Assembly: GCA_963705255.1 (NCBI GenBank)
Contig: OY970061.1
Coordinates: 1,664,001-1,728,000, forward strand
DNA length: 64,000 nt
DNA from: an uncultured Methanoregulaceae archaeon
GTDB taxonomy: Archaea; Halobacteriota; Methanomicrobia; Methanomicrobiales; Methanospirillaceae
Reading direction: 5' to 3'
The notes below the pieces were generated by a model. It did not search any database. It worked only from the letters and a program-made list of their open reading frames with translations, and was not told the origin of the DNA. Below, in pieces: positions 60,956 through 64,000 of the stretch (within the stretch, counting starts at the first letter, position 1; the number at the start of each line of letters is the position of its first letter). A program made the position numbers and the translations under genes.

Positions 60956-62275
60956 ATGAGCAGAATATGTAAGCGGTTCACTCGAATTCTGACTGGTGCA
61001 GTACGGGGACGGGCTTATGGCGTCGCGCTGATGCTCGTTCTGGCCGCGTGCTGCGGCACTGTTGCTGCTGCCGATGAAATCGCACGAGGAACTCCCACGT
61101 TTGGCATCAGCAACCACACGGCCATCATCTGGCGCTCCGCCCAGATCGACGGGGATCGGATCGTGTGGGCCGAGAGCATCACAAACACCGGGTTCGTGTA
61201 CAATATTTATCTTTACAATATCACAACCGGGAAAGAAACGCTCGTCTCACCATCATCACCCGACGAGCCACAGAATGATTACATGGGCGACGAGAATCCG
61301 GTAGCAATCTCGGGCAACCGGATAGTCTGGACGAAACACGGCGATGTCTGGATGTTTGATATTACAACGGGAAAAAGAACGGTACTGGCTCTCGATCGAG
61401 GGGAATACGGGACCGGTATCCGACGTTCTGATCCTGATATTTCCGGCGACATTGTTATCTGGAGGCAGCAGGAGATAACCGTCCAGAACTTCCGGAACCC
61501 GGATATAATCGCCTATAATATCACTTCACAAAAACAGACGACCGTATCCCACGGAAACTGGGACAAATCCCATGCAAGGATCTCCGGCTCCCGGATCGTC
61601 TGGGAAGATTATCGGAACGGCAACCCCGATATTTACCTCTACGATCTCGCAACTGGTCAGGAGCTCGTTGTCTGCAACGCTTCCGGTACCCAGTACGCAC
61701 CAAAGATCTCCGGTGACCGGATTGTCTGGGATGATCGCCGTGACGGTAACTATGATGTGCGGGTGTACGATATCACAACAGGTACGGAAACCGTAGCCGC
61801 TACCGGGATCAAAGAACAGGAAGAAGCGGATATCTCCGGGAACCTGATCGTCTGGAAAGAACTGCCGTCCATGCTTTTCTACAATCCTTATGATGAGAGC
61901 AACCGGCTGATGGTGCACGATCTTTCAACCGGAAAGGAGTACCAGGTCCTCAAAGACGTTCCCGGCATGTTCGCGCCGGCGATCTCCGGGAATCGGATCA
62001 TCTTCATGGATCTTGCGCACATTCCGGCCGACCAGCGGGATAACCCGAGGGAGAATACCGTGCAGGAGATCTCGCTGTTTACGCTTGATCCGGTTAACTT
62101 TCCGTTGCCAGTGCCCACAACCGTAACGCAGGTAAATGCAACCGCCCCGCCTGTGCGATCACCCGGAATAAATCCACCGGTTCCAACACCTGCACAGACT
62201 CCGGGTTTCGGTACCACTTGTACTTTGTGTGTTTTGGTCATCGGCATTCTCATCATCCAGGTAAGGAGGGGATGA
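60956..62275 (+). CDS. TolB-like beta-propeller repeat surface protein with PGF-CTERM
   Basis: Seven 'ISG.RIVW.D....DIY.YD..TG' repeats; 'TPGFG' + TM + RR. Confidence 0.9.
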   Translation: MSRICKRFTRILTGAVRGRAYGVALMLVLAACCGTVAAADEIARGTPTFGISNHTAIIWRSAQIDGDRIVWAESITNTGFVYNIYLYNITTGKETLVSPSSPDEPQNDYMGDENPVAISGNRIVWTKHGDVWMFDITTGKRTVLALDRGEYGTGIRRSDPDISGDIVIWRQQEITVQNFRNPDIIAYNITSQKQTTVSHGNWDKSHARISGSRIVWEDYRNGNPDIYLYDLATGQELVVCNASGTQYAPKISGDRIVWDDRRDGNYDVRVYDITTGTETVAATGIKEQEEADISGNLIVWKELPSMLFYNPYDESNRLMVHDLSTGKEYQVLKDVPGMFAPAISGNRIIFMDLAHIPADQRDNPRENTVQEISLFTLDPVNFPLPVPTTVTQVNATAPPVRSPGINPPVPTPAQTPGFGTTCTLCVLVIGILIIQVRRG

Positions 62276-62368
62276 AACTGCGACGATTCTGAGATTGATG
62301 CCAGGTCAGTGACGCAAAATGACGGAGGGAAAAACACTGAAGATTTGCAACACAGCGGGAAAAAAATA

Positions 62369-63644
62369 TTAGCCGTTCGGATTTTCTACCCGACCTATGA
62401 AGAGGATAGTTCCCGTTTCGTTGTCCCGGATGAGGAATATGAATGGGTGATCTGCTCTGAATACCGGAACAGGACCATCTGCAGTGGCAGCACCTTTCCC
62501 CCACATCACAACAGCTGTGGCTGCGGCAGCCTCCGTGCCTTCTTCGTTTACATCTACGTACGCCTGGTGAATAATTTCCTGGATATAGAGATATCTCGTT
62601 CCATCGATTCCTGAGAAATCGGCATCACCAAATGCCGCCCGCATTCCCATCTCCTCAAGTGTCTTGCGCATGGTATATTTTGTTTCGAGCGTAAACTTCG
62701 GGAGGTAGACCATCACGCGCCGGGACGCTGACGAATTCTGCAGTTCAGAAAGATTTCGGGGATCTAGATACTTCTCTGCCGCTGCAAGGTCATCGTTTTT
62801 GGGAAGCAGAATAAGCATGGACAGTTCGTTTCCGTTTCCGTGTTCGTAAGGCATTCTGAGAAGCTGGATATTCCCGGTCTCTGCGTATGCGTATACGGCA
62901 TCCTCATCAGTTCTCTCCATCATCGGTACTGGAACGCTTTTACCGGAAGATATCCTGAAATCAGCATCCCGGGTTTTATTTTTATCAAACTGCCTGACCC
63001 ACGTGCCTTTGAAGTAAACCGCATCCGTTATCACCAGCCGGGTCATCGGGGTAATGGACCCGGTGGGCACCAAGTCCTTAATGGTATCACGGGTCTTTTC
63101 TTCCACCCATCGGTTGATGGTGGTCTGCGAAGTGTCCGGGTCATTGATGAAATCAAGGTTCGTGGTGTTTGCGGAGTAATACGTTCGGGCTGTATTGATG
63201 TACCCGGGAAGGAACGGATGCGTCTTTTCTGCCCAGAGAGCGTTTGCCGTAAACAGGGTATAGCTGGCATTTTGGCGGTTTATGCCCGAAATAATATTGG
63301 AATATCCCTGTCTGAGCAGGGAGGTATTCTCCGGGTAGTGGAGAACGGACCGGATTTCATCTGCGGTACTTCCCCGGGCACCCTCGTATGTTACTGCAAG
63401 GGCTGACGAGATGGAGAATGGGGAGAAGAAGAGGTTACTTCCCGCATACTTCGGATCCTTAGCCAGCTGTGAATACAGGTCAAATGCGAACCGGTTGTTC
63501 GCCTCAACGACGCTGTTTCCGCTGTCCGGAGTAGGACTGCCCGGCATTCGGCTGTGCCGGTATCGTCCCGGTACATCCTGCGAGAACCATGCTTATGACG
63601 ACAAGTGACGCGAAAGTCCAGACGCCGATCGTTTTCATCTCCAT
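62369..63644 (-). CDS. Serpin (serine protease inhibitor), lipoprotein (indel near 63548)
   Basis: 'NLFFSPFSIS', 'VYFKGTW', hinge 'EEGTEAAAAT', 'FRADHPFIFLI'; the upstream frame gives MEMKTIG...MVLAGC (lipobox). Confidence 0.93.
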
Positions 63645-63860
63645 GACTGGATTTGTCTGCCCGCTGGTTAAACCTGGCGTTGAGTGCGTTTTTTTTCGCA
63701 GTTATAGTCTGACGAAAAAAGCAATCGACTTAGCATGCAGGTTGAGAGGCAAATAGGGTAATCGCAGATCACTGAATAGCCCGTTTCGATTCGTATCGGT
63801 AAGTGCCTGTATTCAACCGATGAGATTTGAGGTGAAGAAAAGCAAGTAACGAAAGAAAAA

Positions 63861-64000
63861 ATGGCCTCGCTTGACAGCCTCCTTGCGGTACTGACTGCAC
63901 TGGCATTTAAACCGGCATTTGTCACCTATGGTATCATGTCACCCACAATACTGCTGTTCCTTGCACTGATCGGACAACTGGCCTCTGAGGAACGGACCGT
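63861..64000 (+). CDS. Partial hydrophobic ORF running off the window
   Basis: MASLDSLLAVLTALAFKPAFVTYG..., open to the window end. Confidence 0.3.
   Translation, partial: MASLDSLLAVLTALAFKPAFVTYGIMSPTILLFLALIGQLASEERT

Overview
64 kb from a methanogenic archaeon, most likely Methanomicrobiales (Methanoregula-like; inferred from gene content, including YcaO/TfuA, the archaeal r-protein/RNAP cluster, IDI-2/IPK/MVK lipid genes and PGF-CTERM surface proteins). The left third is a conserved core run on the minus strand: tRNA-Ser, rps13-rps4-rps11-rpoD-rpl18e-rpl13-rps9-rpoN, tRNA-Pro, rpoK-eno-rps2-MEMO1-mvk-ipk-fni-rnj-idsA-gltX. The middle holds five tandem CBS genes, oapA/oapC-like genes, apgM, a satP-chemoreceptor-cheW operon, rps15/DHH/pcc1/rps3ae, a PAS histidine kinase, ycaO-tfuA, fen and a presenilin homolog. 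A defence-like island spans about 52.8-59.7 kb. It has an AbiE-like (type IV TA) pair with a 23-bp-periodic operator array, bracketed by two copies of a ~260-310 bp non-coding direct repeat. Next come an AT-rich two-gene operon encoding a putative PD-(D/E)XK nuclease, and an XRE-Zn-peptidase/PIN pair. The most unusual non-coding signal is a family of short hairpins (GAAGA(A)CC-loop-GG(T)TCTTC and relatives). They occur as dense intergenic arrays (30.1-30.4, 33.45-33.77 and 47.0-47.2 kb), as a perfect 49-bp tandem repeat at 4.3 kb, and as an insertion inside the long repeat, which is REP/BIME-like behaviour. Many genes, including essential ones, carry single-base indels mostly at short homopolymers, so most apparent frameshifts and fusions are probably read or assembly errors. 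All family assignments come from motifs recognised by eye; no searches were run.
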